Below, one piece after another: positions 29,529-40,248 of a stretch of DNA of 64,000 bases. The translations under genes were made by a program, and so were the position numbers. The DNA lies in contig CAZIHS010000002.1 of NCBI GenBank assembly GCA_964538765.1, forward strand, positions 1,327 to 65,326. Direction: 5' to 3'. Within the stretch, counting starts at the first letter, position 1, and every line of letters begins with the position of its first letter. Below the pieces are notes generated by a model. The model was not told the DNA's origin and did not search any database. It saw nothing but the letters and a program-made list of their open reading frames with translations. Source of the stretch: an uncultured Gammaproteobacteria bacterium (GTDB lineage: Bacteria; Patescibacteriota; Microgenomatia; UBA12405).

Positions 29529-29720
29529 ACAACATTTTCCGACCCCGTCGTTTCAAGTATTGAAGCTGAAAGTCACAAACCGGCTAAATCCAAAATTAAT
29601 CTAAGTTATCATCACCATCATATAAAAAATATCGAAATCAAAAACATTTTCTGGTAAATTACCATAAAACTTACCAGCTGATGCGACAATGAGTCAACAG
29701 GTGATAAACTTAACCAGCTT

Positions 29721-30656
29721 ATGTTAAAGAAATCAACAATTTCGGCAGTTATCAATGTTCACAACGAGGCCGAATATTTGGAAAAATGCCTAAAATCAAT
29801 AAAAGGCTTTGTTGATGAAATTTTTGTTGTCGACATGGAATCAACCGACAATAGCGCCGAAATCGCCGCTTCCTTTGGCGCCAAAATATATTCGCACAAG
29901 CACCTCAAAGTAGTCGAACCGGCCAGAAATTTTGGTATCTCCAAAGTAACCAGTAAGTGGGTCCTTCTCCTTGATCCGGATGAATATCTAAACAAGACCC
30001 TTAAAAAAGAATTAAAAAAAATTACTAAAAGAACCGATATCGACTATGTCAAAATTCCAAGAAAAAACATTATTTTTGGCAAATGGCTGCGATATTCAAA
30101 CACCTGGCCGGACTACCTGATCCGCTTCTTTAAAAAAGGAGCGGTTGTTTGGAAAAAAGAAATTCACAGCCAACCTGAAGCTAAAGGCAATGGATACACT
30201 CTATTAGATGTTGAAAAGCTGGCAATCCGTCACCTAAATTATCCAACTGTCACCCAGTTTATTACCCGAGCTCTCCGATATAGCAGTGTCCAGGCCGTAG
30301 AATTAAAAAACTCAGACTATAGACTTAAAACCAGCGACTTTTTTTTAAAACCTGTTCAGGAGTTTAACAGCAGATTTTTTAAAAGCGGCGGTTACAAAGA
30401 CGGATACCATGGCCTTATCTTTTGCCTTTTGCAGGCATTTGCAGTTGGGCTGGTTTACATCAGACTTTGGGAAAAAACCGGCTCTCAGGACAAACCTCTC
30501 ATAAAAGAATCCCTGGTTTCGGCCAGTCAAGAGGCCACTTATGAATACGATCACTGGTTTAGTCAATTTTTCCAAAAAGAATATTCGCCAAATATTTTTA
30601 AAAAACTAATTGTTAAGATACGCCATTTTCTATTTAGGTTGACAAAAAATTTTTAA
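29721..30656 (+). CDS. GT2 glycosyltransferase (subfamily with C-terminal amphipathic/TM tail)
   Basis: 'ISAVINVHNEAEYL', 'VVDMESTDNS' and 'LLLDPDE' motifs. 31560 and 49732 are paralogous. Confidence 0.75.
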   Translation: MLKKSTISAVINVHNEAEYLEKCLKSIKGFVDEIFVVDMESTDNSAEIAASFGAKIYSHKHLKVVEPARNFGISKVTSKWVLLLDPDEYLNKTLKKELKKITKRTDIDYVKIPRKNIIFGKWLRYSNTWPDYLIRFFKKGAVVWKKEIHSQPEAKGNGYTLLDVEKLAIRHLNYPTVTQFITRALRYSSVQAVELKNSDYRLKTSDFFLKPVQEFNSRFFKSGGYKDGYHGLIFCLLQAFAVGLVYIRLWEKTGSQDKPLIKESLVSASQEATYEYDHWFSQFFQKEYSPNIFKKLIVKIRHFLFRLTKNF

Positions 30657-30657
30657 G

Positions 30658-31575
30658 ATGAACTCGGTGGCCATCATCATCGTCAACTGGAATCAACCGG
30701 CTCTTACCCTTAAAACTCTAGACTCACTTTTCAATATTGATTACCCGGACTATAAAATTTTTCTAGTCGACAACCATTCCGGCGACAATTCTTATAAAAC
30801 CTTTACAAAGGCTCTCAATAATAATCAGAAAGTAGATATAATAAGCTCGCCGACCAATTCTGGCTACGTTGGTGGCAACAACCTTGGTCTTTCTATTGCC
30901 GATCAACAAGGTTTTGAATACTTCCTGCTTCTCAATAATGATGTCCTGGTCAAAAAAGACTTTCTAACTCATCTTGTAAACGAGGCCAAAAGGTCACCGA
31001 CGGTTGGAATTTTAGGTCCAAAAATCTATTTTGCCCCCGGCCACGAGTTTCATTCCGGCTACCATAAAAATGAAATTGGAAAAGTCATTTGGTCAGCTGG
31101 AGGACAAATGGATTGGCGCAATATCCTTGGAAGCAACCGCGGAGTAGATGAAGTTGACCGGGGTCAATATGACCAGTCAACCTCCAAATTAGATTTTCTC
31201 ACCGGCTGCTGCCTTCTTATCAAAAAAAGCCTTTATCAAAAAATAGGTGGGCTTGACCAAAAATATTTTATGTATCTTGAAGATTTTGATTATTGTCAAA
31301 GAGCAAAAAGAGCCGGTTACCGTCTTTTATACGTCCCGAAATCAGTTATCTGGCATATTAATTCGGGATCATCAAGAAGCGGAGGATCATTGCATGACTA
31401 TTTTATTATCCGAAACCGTCTTCTCACGGGTACTCGGTACGCATCGCTCCGGACTAAAATTGCACTTTATCGGGAATCAGTTCAATTTCTTTTCCAATCA
31501 AATATTTGGAAAAGAAAAGCGGTTATTGATTTTTACCTAGGTCGCCTCGGCCGCGGTTCATGGCCCAAAATATAA
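30658..31575 (+). CDS. GT2 glycosyltransferase (rhamnosyl/glucosyl-transferase-like)
   Basis: 'VAIIIVNWNQ', 'LVDNHSGDNS' and 'LLLNNDV' are GT2 motifs. Confidence 0.8.
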   Translation: MNSVAIIIVNWNQPALTLKTLDSLFNIDYPDYKIFLVDNHSGDNSYKTFTKALNNNQKVDIISSPTNSGYVGGNNLGLSIADQQGFEYFLLLNNDVLVKKDFLTHLVNEAKRSPTVGILGPKIYFAPGHEFHSGYHKNEIGKVIWSAGGQMDWRNILGSNRGVDEVDRGQYDQSTSKLDFLTGCCLLIKKSLYQKIGGLDQKYFMYLEDFDYCQRAKRAGYRLLYVPKSVIWHINSGSSRSGGSLHDYFIIRNRLLTGTRYASLRTKIALYRESVQFLFQSNIWKRKAVIDFYLGRLGRGSWPKI

Positions 31576-32366
31576 AAAGACCATCACTGACGATAATAAT
31601 TATCGCCGCCAACGAACAGGATGTTATATCAAACTGTCTAAAAACGGCCCATTTCGCCGACCAAATCTTGCTGGTTAGTTCTAACTGTACCGATAATACA
31701 ATTTCTATCGCCAAAAAAACAAATCCCTCTGTTCAAGTTGTTGTCCTCGATAGCCAAAAAGACACCAGCTTTTCCTACCGGCGGACAAAATCTCTTGAAT
31801 ACGCCAACTCCCAGTGGATTCTATACCTTGACGCCGACGAAAGAATTACCCAAAAATTGCAAAAAGAGATAGTCACCGTAATTTCCAAAAAACCAGATAA
31901 AAACAGACCATCCTGGTACGTTATTCCCCGGGCCAACTATCATCTGGGAAAACGGGTTAGATATGGCGGCACGTATCCCGATTTTGTAAAGCGGCTGTTC
32001 TGGAACGAAAATATCAAAGGCTGGCGGGGAGATGTCCACGAAGAACCAGTTGTTGAGGGTAAAATGGGAATTTTAAAAAATGACCTTCTACATTTTACGC
32101 ATCGGCAACTGTCCACCATGGTCGACAAAACCATTAGATGGACCAAGCATGAGTCAGACCTTTTATATTCAAGCCAACACCCTCCGGTTTACTGGTGGCG
32201 GTTTCCGCGGATGATGTTTACTACCCTTTATCATCGGCTGATAAAACAACAAATTTGGCGCGACGGCATAGTCGGCTGGATATCAGTTATTTTTGAAATG
32301 TACAATACATTTATTATCTACGCCCGGCTATGGGAACAACAACATGAAAAACGCCGCCATCTATGA
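31560..32366 (+). CDS. GT2 glycosyltransferase (paralog of 29721/49732)
   Basis: 'LTIIIIAANEQDVI', 'LVSSNCTDNT' and 'LYLDADE' motifs. Confidence 0.75.
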   Translation: MAQNIKRPSLTIIIIAANEQDVISNCLKTAHFADQILLVSSNCTDNTISIAKKTNPSVQVVVLDSQKDTSFSYRRTKSLEYANSQWILYLDADERITQKLQKEIVTVISKKPDKNRPSWYVIPRANYHLGKRVRYGGTYPDFVKRLFWNENIKGWRGDVHEEPVVEGKMGILKNDLLHFTHRQLSTMVDKTIRWTKHESDLLYSSQHPPVYWWRFPRMMFTTLYHRLIKQQIWRDGIVGWISVIFEMYNTFIIYARLWEQQHEKRRHL

Positions 32367-33423
32367 TCCATATCTCGACACGCTTGGAGGAGGGGAGAGA
32401 TACTGCCTGACATTGGCCGAGTTCCTGGCTGACAACCACTTCCTGGTTGATATCCTCTTTCAGCCGCATAGCCAGCTTCTTGGCCTGGCTTCAAACCGCT
32501 TTTCACTTAACCTAAACCGTCCCGAAATTCGTATTAAATCACCACTTCCCTTGCACAACATTGTCAGCCGATATCAGCTTTTATCAAAATACGATTTCTG
32601 TTTCTACATATCAGACGGTAGTATTCCTTCTTTATTTTCAGCTAAAAACATTCTCCATTTTCAGGTTCCGTTCATAGCTTCCAATAATTCGTTTAAAAAA
32701 ATATTAAACTCGCTGAAACTAAAGCTGATTAGTGCTGTAGTTTGCAATTCAAATTTTACTGCCGGAGTAATTCAGCGCCAATATCATTACCGCCCAACCG
32801 TTATCTATCCGCCAGTAGATATCAATAAATTTAAATATCAACCAGATCTAAAGGAAAAAATGATTTTGGCTGTTGGCAGATTTGACAATGTTCTAAATGC
32901 CAAACGTCAGGATGTTTTAATAGAGGCATTTTCTCAATTCTACGCCAAAAATCCTAAATGGCGCCTTGTCTTGGCTGGAGGTAGCCTTGAAAAGGAAAAA
33001 AACAATTCTTACTTGAATCAATTAAAGAATCATTCCAAAAACCTGCCGGTAACCTATTTTGTTAATCCTTCATTTGACTCGATCAAAGATCTATATCAAA
33101 GATCGACCCTGTTTTGGCACGCCGCTGGTTACCAGATAAATCAACTGCTTGAACCGCATAAAACCGAGCACTTTGGCATGTCTACAGTCGAGGCAATGGC
33201 CTCGGGTTCAATCCCCCTTGTCTACGGTGCCGGAGGTCTTCCGGAAATCATAAACCACCAAAAAAACGGTTATTTATGGAAAACAGTTGAAGAATTGTTG
33301 CTTTACTCCAATAAATCAGTTATTAGATCAAAACAGAATTTGAAAATAATTAACCAGGCACTAAAAGATTGCCAGCACTTTTCAAAAAATAGATTTAACC
33401 GTCAATTTTCCCATTTATTATGA
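32344..33423 (+). CDS. GT4 (GT-B fold) glycosyltransferase
   Basis: C-terminal 'EHFGMSTVEAMASGSIPLV' E-x7-E motif. The start was set to the ATG at 32344 ('MKNAAIYDPYLDTLGGGE'). Confidence 0.8.
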   Translation: MKNAAIYDPYLDTLGGGERYCLTLAEFLADNHFLVDILFQPHSQLLGLASNRFSLNLNRPEIRIKSPLPLHNIVSRYQLLSKYDFCFYISDGSIPSLFSAKNILHFQVPFIASNNSFKKILNSLKLKLISAVVCNSNFTAGVIQRQYHYRPTVIYPPVDINKFKYQPDLKEKMILAVGRFDNVLNAKRQDVLIEAFSQFYAKNPKWRLVLAGGSLEKEKNNSYLNQLKNHSKNLPVTYFVNPSFDSIKDLYQRSTLFWHAAGYQINQLLEPHKTEHFGMSTVEAMASGSIPLVYGAGGLPEIINHQKNGYLWKTVEELLLYSNKSVIRSKQNLKIINQALKDCQHFSKNRFNRQFSHLL

Positions 33424-34304
33424 CAAATTTAAATATTTCAGTCATTGTTACCAACTTTAACACTGTCAATTTGCTTTCCCGATACCTAGAAGAGGTAATT
33501 ATCCGCTCCGAAATTGCCAATGAAATTATTTTGTCGGACGACGCCTCAACCGACGGCAGCGTTAGTTACGCCACTGAATTGTCAAAAAAGCACCCAAAGT
33601 TAAAAGTAATAAAAAATAAACAAAATATTGGCTTTGCAAAAAACTCAAATAATGCAGTAAAGCATTCTAAAGGAGACTTCGTTGTTCTTTTAAACAGCGA
33701 TATTAGACCACATCCCAACTATATTGAAAACAGTTTGTCCCACTTTAATAATTCAAACAACATTTTTGGCGTTAGTTTTGCCGAAAAAGGACATGAAAAC
33801 TGGGCCAAAATATTTTGGAAAAACGGTTATATTCAACACCTGCCAGGACTTGAGGTTGACTTGCCTCATATTACCGGTTGGCTTTCAGGAGGCAGCTCAA
33901 TAATTAATAAAAATTATTTTACCAGCCTTGGGGGCTTTGATGCGGTTTATGAACCTTTTTATTCAGAAGACCTTGACCTAGGATACCGTGCCTGGAAGTC
34001 GGGTTACCGGCTTTTATGGACTCCCTCGTCCGTAGTCGAACACCGTCACGAGTCGACAACATCCAAATTCCCCAAGCGTTTTTCTGATTATGTTAAGGAA
34101 CGAAATCGTCTCTTAAATGTTTGGAGGAACATATCCGACCCTTCCTACATTTTCCAAAATAAACTCGCTCTAATCGGCAGGGTCGCCTTTGGCCCAAATT
34201 ACCTGAAAATTATTCTTGCTGCTAAACGGCAAATGAAACGTTATCCTCCACCTTTGGTCTTTCCAAAAATTACCGACCGCCAAATATTTGAAAAATTTTT
34301 ATGA
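33420..34304 (+). CDS. GT2 glycosyltransferase
   Basis: 'ISVIVTNFN', 'LSDDASTDGS' and 'LLNSDI' are GT2 motifs. Confidence 0.8.
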   Translation: MTNLNISVIVTNFNTVNLLSRYLEEVIIRSEIANEIILSDDASTDGSVSYATELSKKHPKLKVIKNKQNIGFAKNSNNAVKHSKGDFVVLLNSDIRPHPNYIENSLSHFNNSNNIFGVSFAEKGHENWAKIFWKNGYIQHLPGLEVDLPHITGWLSGGSSIINKNYFTSLGGFDAVYEPFYSEDLDLGYRAWKSGYRLLWTPSSVVEHRHESTTSKFPKRFSDYVKERNRLLNVWRNISDPSYIFQNKLALIGRVAFGPNYLKIILAAKRQMKRYPPPLVFPKITDRQIFEKFL

Positions 34305-35107
34305 AAAAGCCCTTGCTTTCTATAATAATCGTAACCTGGAACACTGCCGCAACTACAAAGAAATGCATTGATTCGATAATTGAACATACTAAAAACATTC
34401 AACTTCCCCAAATAATTGTTGTTGACAATAATTCAACCGACAACACCCCCGATATTATCTCAAATCTGCCCAAAGTCGACTATCTCAGGCTACCAAAAAA
34501 TTTCGGGTATGCAACTGCCTGCAACCGTGGGGCCAACCTGTCTAAGGCAGATCACCTCCTGTTTCTTAATTCAGATATGGAAATGATTGACTCAACGGTT
34601 TTCAACATGCTGTCATATTTTCAAAAACATCCTACCTGTGGACTTATTGGCCCGGCTTTTCTAAACCCCGACAAATCCCGGCAAGGCTCGGTTCTCCCTC
34701 CCCAAACTCTCGCAAACGCCTTCAGACAGTTTTATTTAAACCAGCCTGTCTATTTAAAATTTTCTCCAAAAGGCAATTCCCCCAAAAAGGTTTGGGCAAT
34801 TTCAGGAGGAGCCATCCTGACCTCTACCAAAATATTTTCTCGTCTTGGTGGTTGGGACGAGAGATATCATATGTATTACGAAGATCTTGAATTATGTCGT
34901 CAGGCCAGAAAAAAACAACTCGATATTGTCTATTTTCCTCGCTGCCGGTTTATCCATCGTCACGGCGTTAGTGGATCAAAGCTTGCCGACAACGCCAATC
35001 AGTGGCGGCGGCTTATTAAAAGCAGTCTTATTTACCATGGAACTATATACCATCATCTAATTAACCTAATCATTTATACAGGTCAAAAGTGGCAAAACCT
35101 AAAATAG
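34301..35107 (+). CDS. GT2 glycosyltransferase
   Basis: 'LSIIIVTWN', 'VVDNNSTDNT' and 'LFLNSDME' are GT2 motifs. Confidence 0.8.
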   Translation: MKKPLLSIIIVTWNTAATTKKCIDSIIEHTKNIQLPQIIVVDNNSTDNTPDIISNLPKVDYLRLPKNFGYATACNRGANLSKADHLLFLNSDMEMIDSTVFNMLSYFQKHPTCGLIGPAFLNPDKSRQGSVLPPQTLANAFRQFYLNQPVYLKFSPKGNSPKKVWAISGGAILTSTKIFSRLGGWDERYHMYYEDLELCRQARKKQLDIVYFPRCRFIHRHGVSGSKLADNANQWRRLIKSSLIYHGTIYHHLINLIIYTGQKWQNLK

Positions 35108-36279
35108 CCTCACTTGGTAAACTCGCCCTTTTATCATTACTGATAAAGCTATTACTGATTCCGTGGTTTTATCACCCCGACCTAAAAAGCCAGCATTTTC
35201 ATTTCCAGTACCTAAGTCAGGGAATAGTTAATATTTATAGTTATCTCCAAGAGAATAGGTTAAATCTACCCAACAAAGACACCTTTAACTATCTTCCTTT
35301 AACCTATTTCACCTTTGGGTTTACCCACTCGCTTACCCGGCTTGTCGCACCTTCCGATTTTACTATTTGGGTAAACGATTGGGGTCCAGATCAAAATAAA
35401 TATCCCAATCTGCCAATATTTATTTTGCTACTGAAAATACCCTACGTTATTGCTGATTTCGCCATCGCTTATATCCTATTCAGGATATCGAGATCAAAAA
35501 TTCTTAGTCTTCTGTGGCTATTTAATCCTTTTGTATTTTATCTTATATACATTTTGGGCAATTTTGACATAGTTCCGGCTGCCCTTGTTCTACTCTCGTA
35601 TTTTCTTCTGACAAATAATAAATACCACCTTTCGGCACTAACCCTGGGTATTTCAGTAGCCATAAAGTTCTATCCCCTTCTGTTTTTTCCATTTTTCCTG
35701 CTATCACTAAAGTCTTCCTATAAAAACATGATTATCTACCTGCTATATTTTCTAATCGTACCCATAGTATCGACTTTGCCGTTCTTGGGCGATAAATATT
35801 TACTATCGTCCTTTATCGGTTCGGGATTAACCCAAAAACTTTTTCAACTTACTGTTTTCTACATACCATTGTTTCCGGCTGTTTATATTTTCCTTCTTGT
35901 CCGATATCTAATAAACCGGCAGACGCTTATAAAATCACTTTGCTTTCTATTTTTACTCTTTGTCTCAACCGTTTCATTCCATCCTCAATGGCTTATCTGG
36001 TTTCTACCCTTTCTTTTTATATGGCCCAACCGTCAAAACCAAACCTCAATCATTATATTCTCATTCCTGACGGTTTTGCTGGTTATTTTCATATTGTTGT
36101 TTGATGACCAGTATTTATCGTGGGGTCATTTAATTCCCCTCAACCTTCAATTTGCCACGCTAACAACTCCCTACAATTTTCTCCGTTACCGGTTATATTT
36201 AAATCCACAAACCATCCAAAACCAGATTAAAGTGCTTTTGGCCGCAATTTCCCTAATTATATTTCTAAAGAATAAATAG
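35089..36279 (+). CDS. DUF2029/GT87-like (PimE-type) GT-C membrane mannosyltransferase-like protein
   Basis: Polytopic. 'VIADFAIAYILF', 'WLFNPFVFY' and 'AIKFYPLLFFPFFLL' resemble the conserved helices of polyprenol-P-Man-dependent GT87/PIG-M-like enzymes. Confidence 0.45.
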   Translation: MAKPKIASLGKLALLSLLIKLLLIPWFYHPDLKSQHFHFQYLSQGIVNIYSYLQENRLNLPNKDTFNYLPLTYFTFGFTHSLTRLVAPSDFTIWVNDWGPDQNKYPNLPIFILLLKIPYVIADFAIAYILFRISRSKILSLLWLFNPFVFYLIYILGNFDIVPAALVLLSYFLLTNNKYHLSALTLGISVAIKFYPLLFFPFFLLSLKSSYKNMIIYLLYFLIVPIVSTLPFLGDKYLLSSFIGSGLTQKLFQLTVFYIPLFPAVYIFLLVRYLINRQTLIKSLCFLFLLFVSTVSFHPQWLIWFLPFLFIWPNRQNQTSIIIFSFLTVLLVIFILLFDDQYLSWGHLIPLNLQFATLTTPYNFLRYRLYLNPQTIQNQIKVLLAAISLIIFLKNK

Positions 36280-36879
36280 ATGCTAAAAAAATTGGTTGCC
36301 GTTAACCTGTCACTTCTTATAATAATGGTGTTTTTACTGGTCATTATCCCCTCGGCTGTTATCACTAGATATCCAGGCCCGTCAAACCTTATTGGGGAAA
36401 CGATCCTGCCGCTCACTTCATCGTCCCCTCTGGTAATAAATATTGACCCGCCCAAATATCTAAATTCAATTAGTGTATTTTTAAAAAATCCACTAATTCA
36501 AGACAACCATTACATCTATTTTCAGTTAATTCAAAACGGGTTGACAATCAGAAACCTTGTTTTTAACGGCCAGAACGTCGGCGATCCCAGCTGGCTTACG
36601 GCCAAATTCGAGCCGTTATCGGCCCAGCAACCAATAACCATAACGTTTACCACCGAAAACAAAAACGACCAATCTCTTTACTACTATTCAGGTCCCGATT
36701 ATCTCCCCCTATATTCCAGCACCTTCCAAATTCCTAGCTTTAAAGACAGGTTAATCTACCAAACAAAGTTAAAACAAAACCAACTTTTGGCCCTTAACAA
36801 ACAATTTCTATTTGCCTATCTGTTTTTATTATCAATCATCGAGTACCTGTTATTAAAAAATGATCGTAAGACATATTAA
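36280..36879 (+). CDS. Hypothetical membrane-anchored protein with extracytoplasmic domain
   Basis: One N-terminal TM helix, about 150 aa of non-hydrophobic domain, and a C-terminal hydrophobic segment. Confidence 0.35.
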   Translation: MLKKLVAVNLSLLIIMVFLLVIIPSAVITRYPGPSNLIGETILPLTSSSPLVINIDPPKYLNSISVFLKNPLIQDNHYIYFQLIQNGLTIRNLVFNGQNVGDPSWLTAKFEPLSAQQPITITFTTENKNDQSLYYYSGPDYLPLYSSTFQIPSFKDRLIYQTKLKQNQLLALNKQFLFAYLFLLSIIEYLLLKNDRKTY

Positions 36880-38584
36880 AAACCACCTGCTACTAGTAAT
36901 CATCGCCCTGTCTGTATTTATGCGTTATATCTATCTTGACCGCTTTCCAACGGGCATTACTAATGATGAGCTCCATTTTGTTCTAAATGCAAAAGCCGTT
37001 TTTTACCGTTTTAGCGATATGTCTTCAAGATGGTTTCCGCTTTCGTTTTCCACCATCCCCAACGAATCAAGCTCCGAGCTTACCTATATTTTACTCTCTC
37101 CATTTATAGGCCCTCTTCAAACCAACTTATTTACTGCCAGATTTCCATTTGCATTGGCTGGAACCATATCAGTATTGGTTATTTATTTATTAGTACTCCA
37201 AATAACCAAAAGCAAGACTATGTCAATTGCTTCCTCGTTTGTAGCCGCTATCAATCCGTGGTTTATCTATGTTAATCGCACCTCATTTGATGCTCCTGTT
37301 TCTCTTCTATTCTTTTTAATTTCAATACTGCTAATTCTACAAAAACGGGCCGTCTACACCTATGTTTCAATTATTTCTTTAACTTTGGCCTTCTACACCT
37401 ATATCGGATCAAAGGTTATATTTATTCCCTTTGTCCTGATTACTATATACTTTTCTCACCGTTTCCAGCCTACAAAATCAAAGGCCTCATCCATTATTGT
37501 CATCCTTTTTTCCTTTTTTCTTTTTTTTAATTTCGTCATAAAAACACTTCCTTCTGCTTCCCGCACTTCCGAGCTGTGGTTTCCCGGCTCTCAAGAAATT
37601 TCAAGCCAGGTAAAAATTGAAAAAAATCAGTCACTCCAAAATCCACTAAAACCAATTCTAACCAATAATTACACTATATATTTCCGAAACTTTATCACAA
37701 AATACTTAAATAGTTTTTCCTCCGACGTTCTTTTCACAACCGGGGATCATACATTTATGGTTTCGCTTTGGAAACATGGCTATTTTTATATTTTTGAAGC
37801 TCCGCTGCTAATCTTTGGCCTGTTATATGTGTATAACTATTATCGCCGATTATTTTGGTATTTAATTTCTATATTATTAATTTCCCCGCTTCCTGAAGCA
37901 TTTAGAAAAGACGTTATCCCGGCCTATGCGTTTCACAGCTTTCTCCAATATCCGTTTCTTGTAATAATTATCGCCAGTGGTATTTTATTTACTCTTAAAA
38001 CCTTAAAAAACACAACGTTCTCACGAGCATTTATAATTTCACTCTATATTTTTGGTGTAATAAATTTTGCGGACACATACTTTTTTAAGTATCCTGTTTA
38101 TCAGCCCGAAGGTTTTGGTTTCAGTCGGCGGCTCCTTTCACGTTTTCTATATTTTGAATCTTTTAGCCAAAAACCAATTGTTGTTTTCACCAAAGAGCCG
38201 GACACCCTTTTTAGAAGTTATCTTTTTTATAACAATCTCTATTTGAATTCTACGTTTGATCGGGTTAAATCTGTATACAGCCAAAACCGAGATCTGATAA
38301 AGTTTAACAATCTGACTTTTACCTCACAGGATCGCCAGCTCGAACCAACCACCCAAAGTGTTGTCGTTGTTGACCGGCAAGTAACCAACCGTCAATATTC
38401 GGCTCTTAAATTATCAATTAATCATCTTGGCGATAATCATGAGCTTTATTCATTTTTTAATGCTGCCACCTGCTCTGACGTTGTATTAGAGCCGTTTTCA
38501 CACAACTTAAACCTCTTTGATCTTTCTATCGAATCATTATCTAAAAAAGATTTTTGCCGGCTATATATAACCAAAACATTTTAA
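36860..38584 (+). CDS. PMT_2/ArnT-like GT-C glycosyltransferase
   Basis: 'DRFPTGITNDELHFVLNAKA' loop motif, multi-TM, about 570 aa. Confidence 0.6.
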   Translation: MIVRHIKNHLLLVIIALSVFMRYIYLDRFPTGITNDELHFVLNAKAVFYRFSDMSSRWFPLSFSTIPNESSSELTYILLSPFIGPLQTNLFTARFPFALAGTISVLVIYLLVLQITKSKTMSIASSFVAAINPWFIYVNRTSFDAPVSLLFFLISILLILQKRAVYTYVSIISLTLAFYTYIGSKVIFIPFVLITIYFSHRFQPTKSKASSIIVILFSFFLFFNFVIKTLPSASRTSELWFPGSQEISSQVKIEKNQSLQNPLKPILTNNYTIYFRNFITKYLNSFSSDVLFTTGDHTFMVSLWKHGYFYIFEAPLLIFGLLYVYNYYRRLFWYLISILLISPLPEAFRKDVIPAYAFHSFLQYPFLVIIIASGILFTLKTLKNTTFSRAFIISLYIFGVINFADTYFFKYPVYQPEGFGFSRRLLSRFLYFESFSQKPIVVFTKEPDTLFRSYLFYNNLYLNSTFDRVKSVYSQNRDLIKFNNLTFTSQDRQLEPTTQSVVVVDRQVTNRQYSALKLSINHLGDNHELYSFFNAATCSDVVLEPFSHNLNLFDLSIESLSKKDFCRLYITKTF

Positions 38585-40248
38585 TCCAACGTCACCAGCA
38601 TCCCCGAGTTGTATTTTGAGATAGCTGAAGGTAAATAATATAGTGTTGAATAAGGCACCGAATAAATTTCCTCTCTTGCCGTATTGTCCTGCATCCACAA
38701 AATTGTTTTACGAAGATACTTGTCTTCAACGTAGTTAATTTTTCTGAATTCAAATTTCCCAAAGTCAAAATCTAAGTTACCATCTTTTGACCCTATCAGC
38801 TCACGATAATTTGCCAGTTTCTGGATGTAAAAAGGATTATATCTTAAATAAAAAAGCATAAAAATATAATTTTGAGCCTGCGGAGAATCAATTATTACAC
38901 GATCATAGTTATTCAGTATGGGCATAATTATTTTCAATCCTTGTCTATATCCTCCAGGCTGAAACTCGCCATTATTTTCCCAAATCGAATAAACATATTC
39001 GCTGTTAACTACAAACGCCAACTGCCACAAAACAAACACGGTAAACAGGATTTTAATAATCAACCGTTTGTTCTCTAAAAAAGAAAATGTTGCCAGCACT
39101 ACAGCCAACTCAACTACCGGCACCATGTTTAAAGACCTTAAGTGATGAAACCAGTTCCAGGTTAACGCGGCAGGAAGAACACCTGCCAAAAACCAATAAA
39201 TCAAAAACCGAAACTTTTTTGTACCCAGCCTTTTTAGTACGTAAATAATGCCAGGCAGTAACATTATGTATTCCCAAAAACCCAGTAGTGAAAAATCAGG
39301 GGTATACTGCACTGACTTTCTAATCCAATGATACGCGGTTGAGCCAAAGTTAGCCACCGAGACGTAAGACAAAATATGTCCGGCCAGATACTCCATTAAG
39401 TAATAGGCCGGATTAATTCTTAGCCATTCCATCAATCCTTCCTTATACAATTCTTTAGGAGAAAAAGGGTAATATCTGCTAAATATATTTTCTTGTCTAA
39501 ACCTTTGCAGCGCACCGATAGATTTACCTGAGACCATCATTGGAGCTAAAACCAGCATTGTCAAAAAACATATCAAAAACAACCTTCTAAACAGGTCGCT
39601 GGATACAAAAAAACGTTTTTTAAGTTCAATAAAACGTCTCAACGGGTCTGTCGTTAAAAGCACCATCAAGACCGGAAAAGCCAATCTGGCCGAGTGGTAA
39701 CTATATGCCGCCCCGGCCATAAACAAAAACCCTGCCAAAAAGTTTAATTTTCGTTTGTTACCTAAAAACCATCTTAACAAAAAATACACTCCCCAGCTAA
39801 ATAAAGCCATTGAAACATTAGTTTCAAGCGCAATCCTTGAAAAATGGATTCGCCACGGCTCAAATGAAATCAATAGGCTAAATATAAATGAAACCATCGG
39901 CCTATTCGTAAATAAATTCAATATTAAAAAGAAAGCGACAATACTTAGCGAACCAAACACCGCCGAGGGCAATCTAACAGTTGACTGGTTTAACCCAAAA
40001 ATTTTAATAAACGGAATTGTGGTATAAGCGTAAAGAGCAGGCTTATAATCGTTAAAAGACCTGATATTTATTGGATACAAATTTCCCCATTCATCTTTAC
40101 CGTTGGTAGCAATTGAATAGGCGTTATAGCCAAGAGATGCCTCGTCCCAATTTAACGAATAAGGTGACTTATCTAACCACACCGATCTAAATATAAGCGA
40201 TACTAAGAACAACATTGTGGAAAATATCAATAAACCCGATTTAGTCAT
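38581..40248 (-). CDS. PMT_2/ArnT-like GT-C glycosyltransferase (close paralog of 44883/46480/48113)
   Basis: 'SLNWDEASLGYNAYSIATNGKDEWGNLYPINIRSFNDYKPALYAYTTIPFIKIFGLNQSTVRLPSAVFGS' is nearly colinear with the three tandem paralogs. Confidence 0.7.
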   Translation of the reverse strand: MTKSGLLIFSTMLFLVSLIFRSVWLDKSPYSLNWDEASLGYNAYSIATNGKDEWGNLYPINIRSFNDYKPALYAYTTIPFIKIFGLNQSTVRLPSAVFGSLSIVAFFLILNLFTNRPMVSFIFSLLISFEPWRIHFSRIALETNVSMALFSWGVYFLLRWFLGNKRKLNFLAGFLFMAGAAYSYHSARLAFPVLMVLLTTDPLRRFIELKKRFFVSSDLFRRLFLICFLTMLVLAPMMVSGKSIGALQRFRQENIFSRYYPFSPKELYKEGLMEWLRINPAYYLMEYLAGHILSYVSVANFGSTAYHWIRKSVQYTPDFSLLGFWEYIMLLPGIIYVLKRLGTKKFRFLIYWFLAGVLPAALTWNWFHHLRSLNMVPVVELAVVLATFSFLENKRLIIKILFTVFVLWQLAFVVNSEYVYSIWENNGEFQPGGYRQGLKIIMPILNNYDRVIIDSPQAQNYIFMLFYLRYNPFYIQKLANYRELIGSKDGNLDFDFGKFEFRKINYVEDKYLRKTILWMQDNTAREEIYSVPYSTLYYLPSAISKYNSGMLVTLD

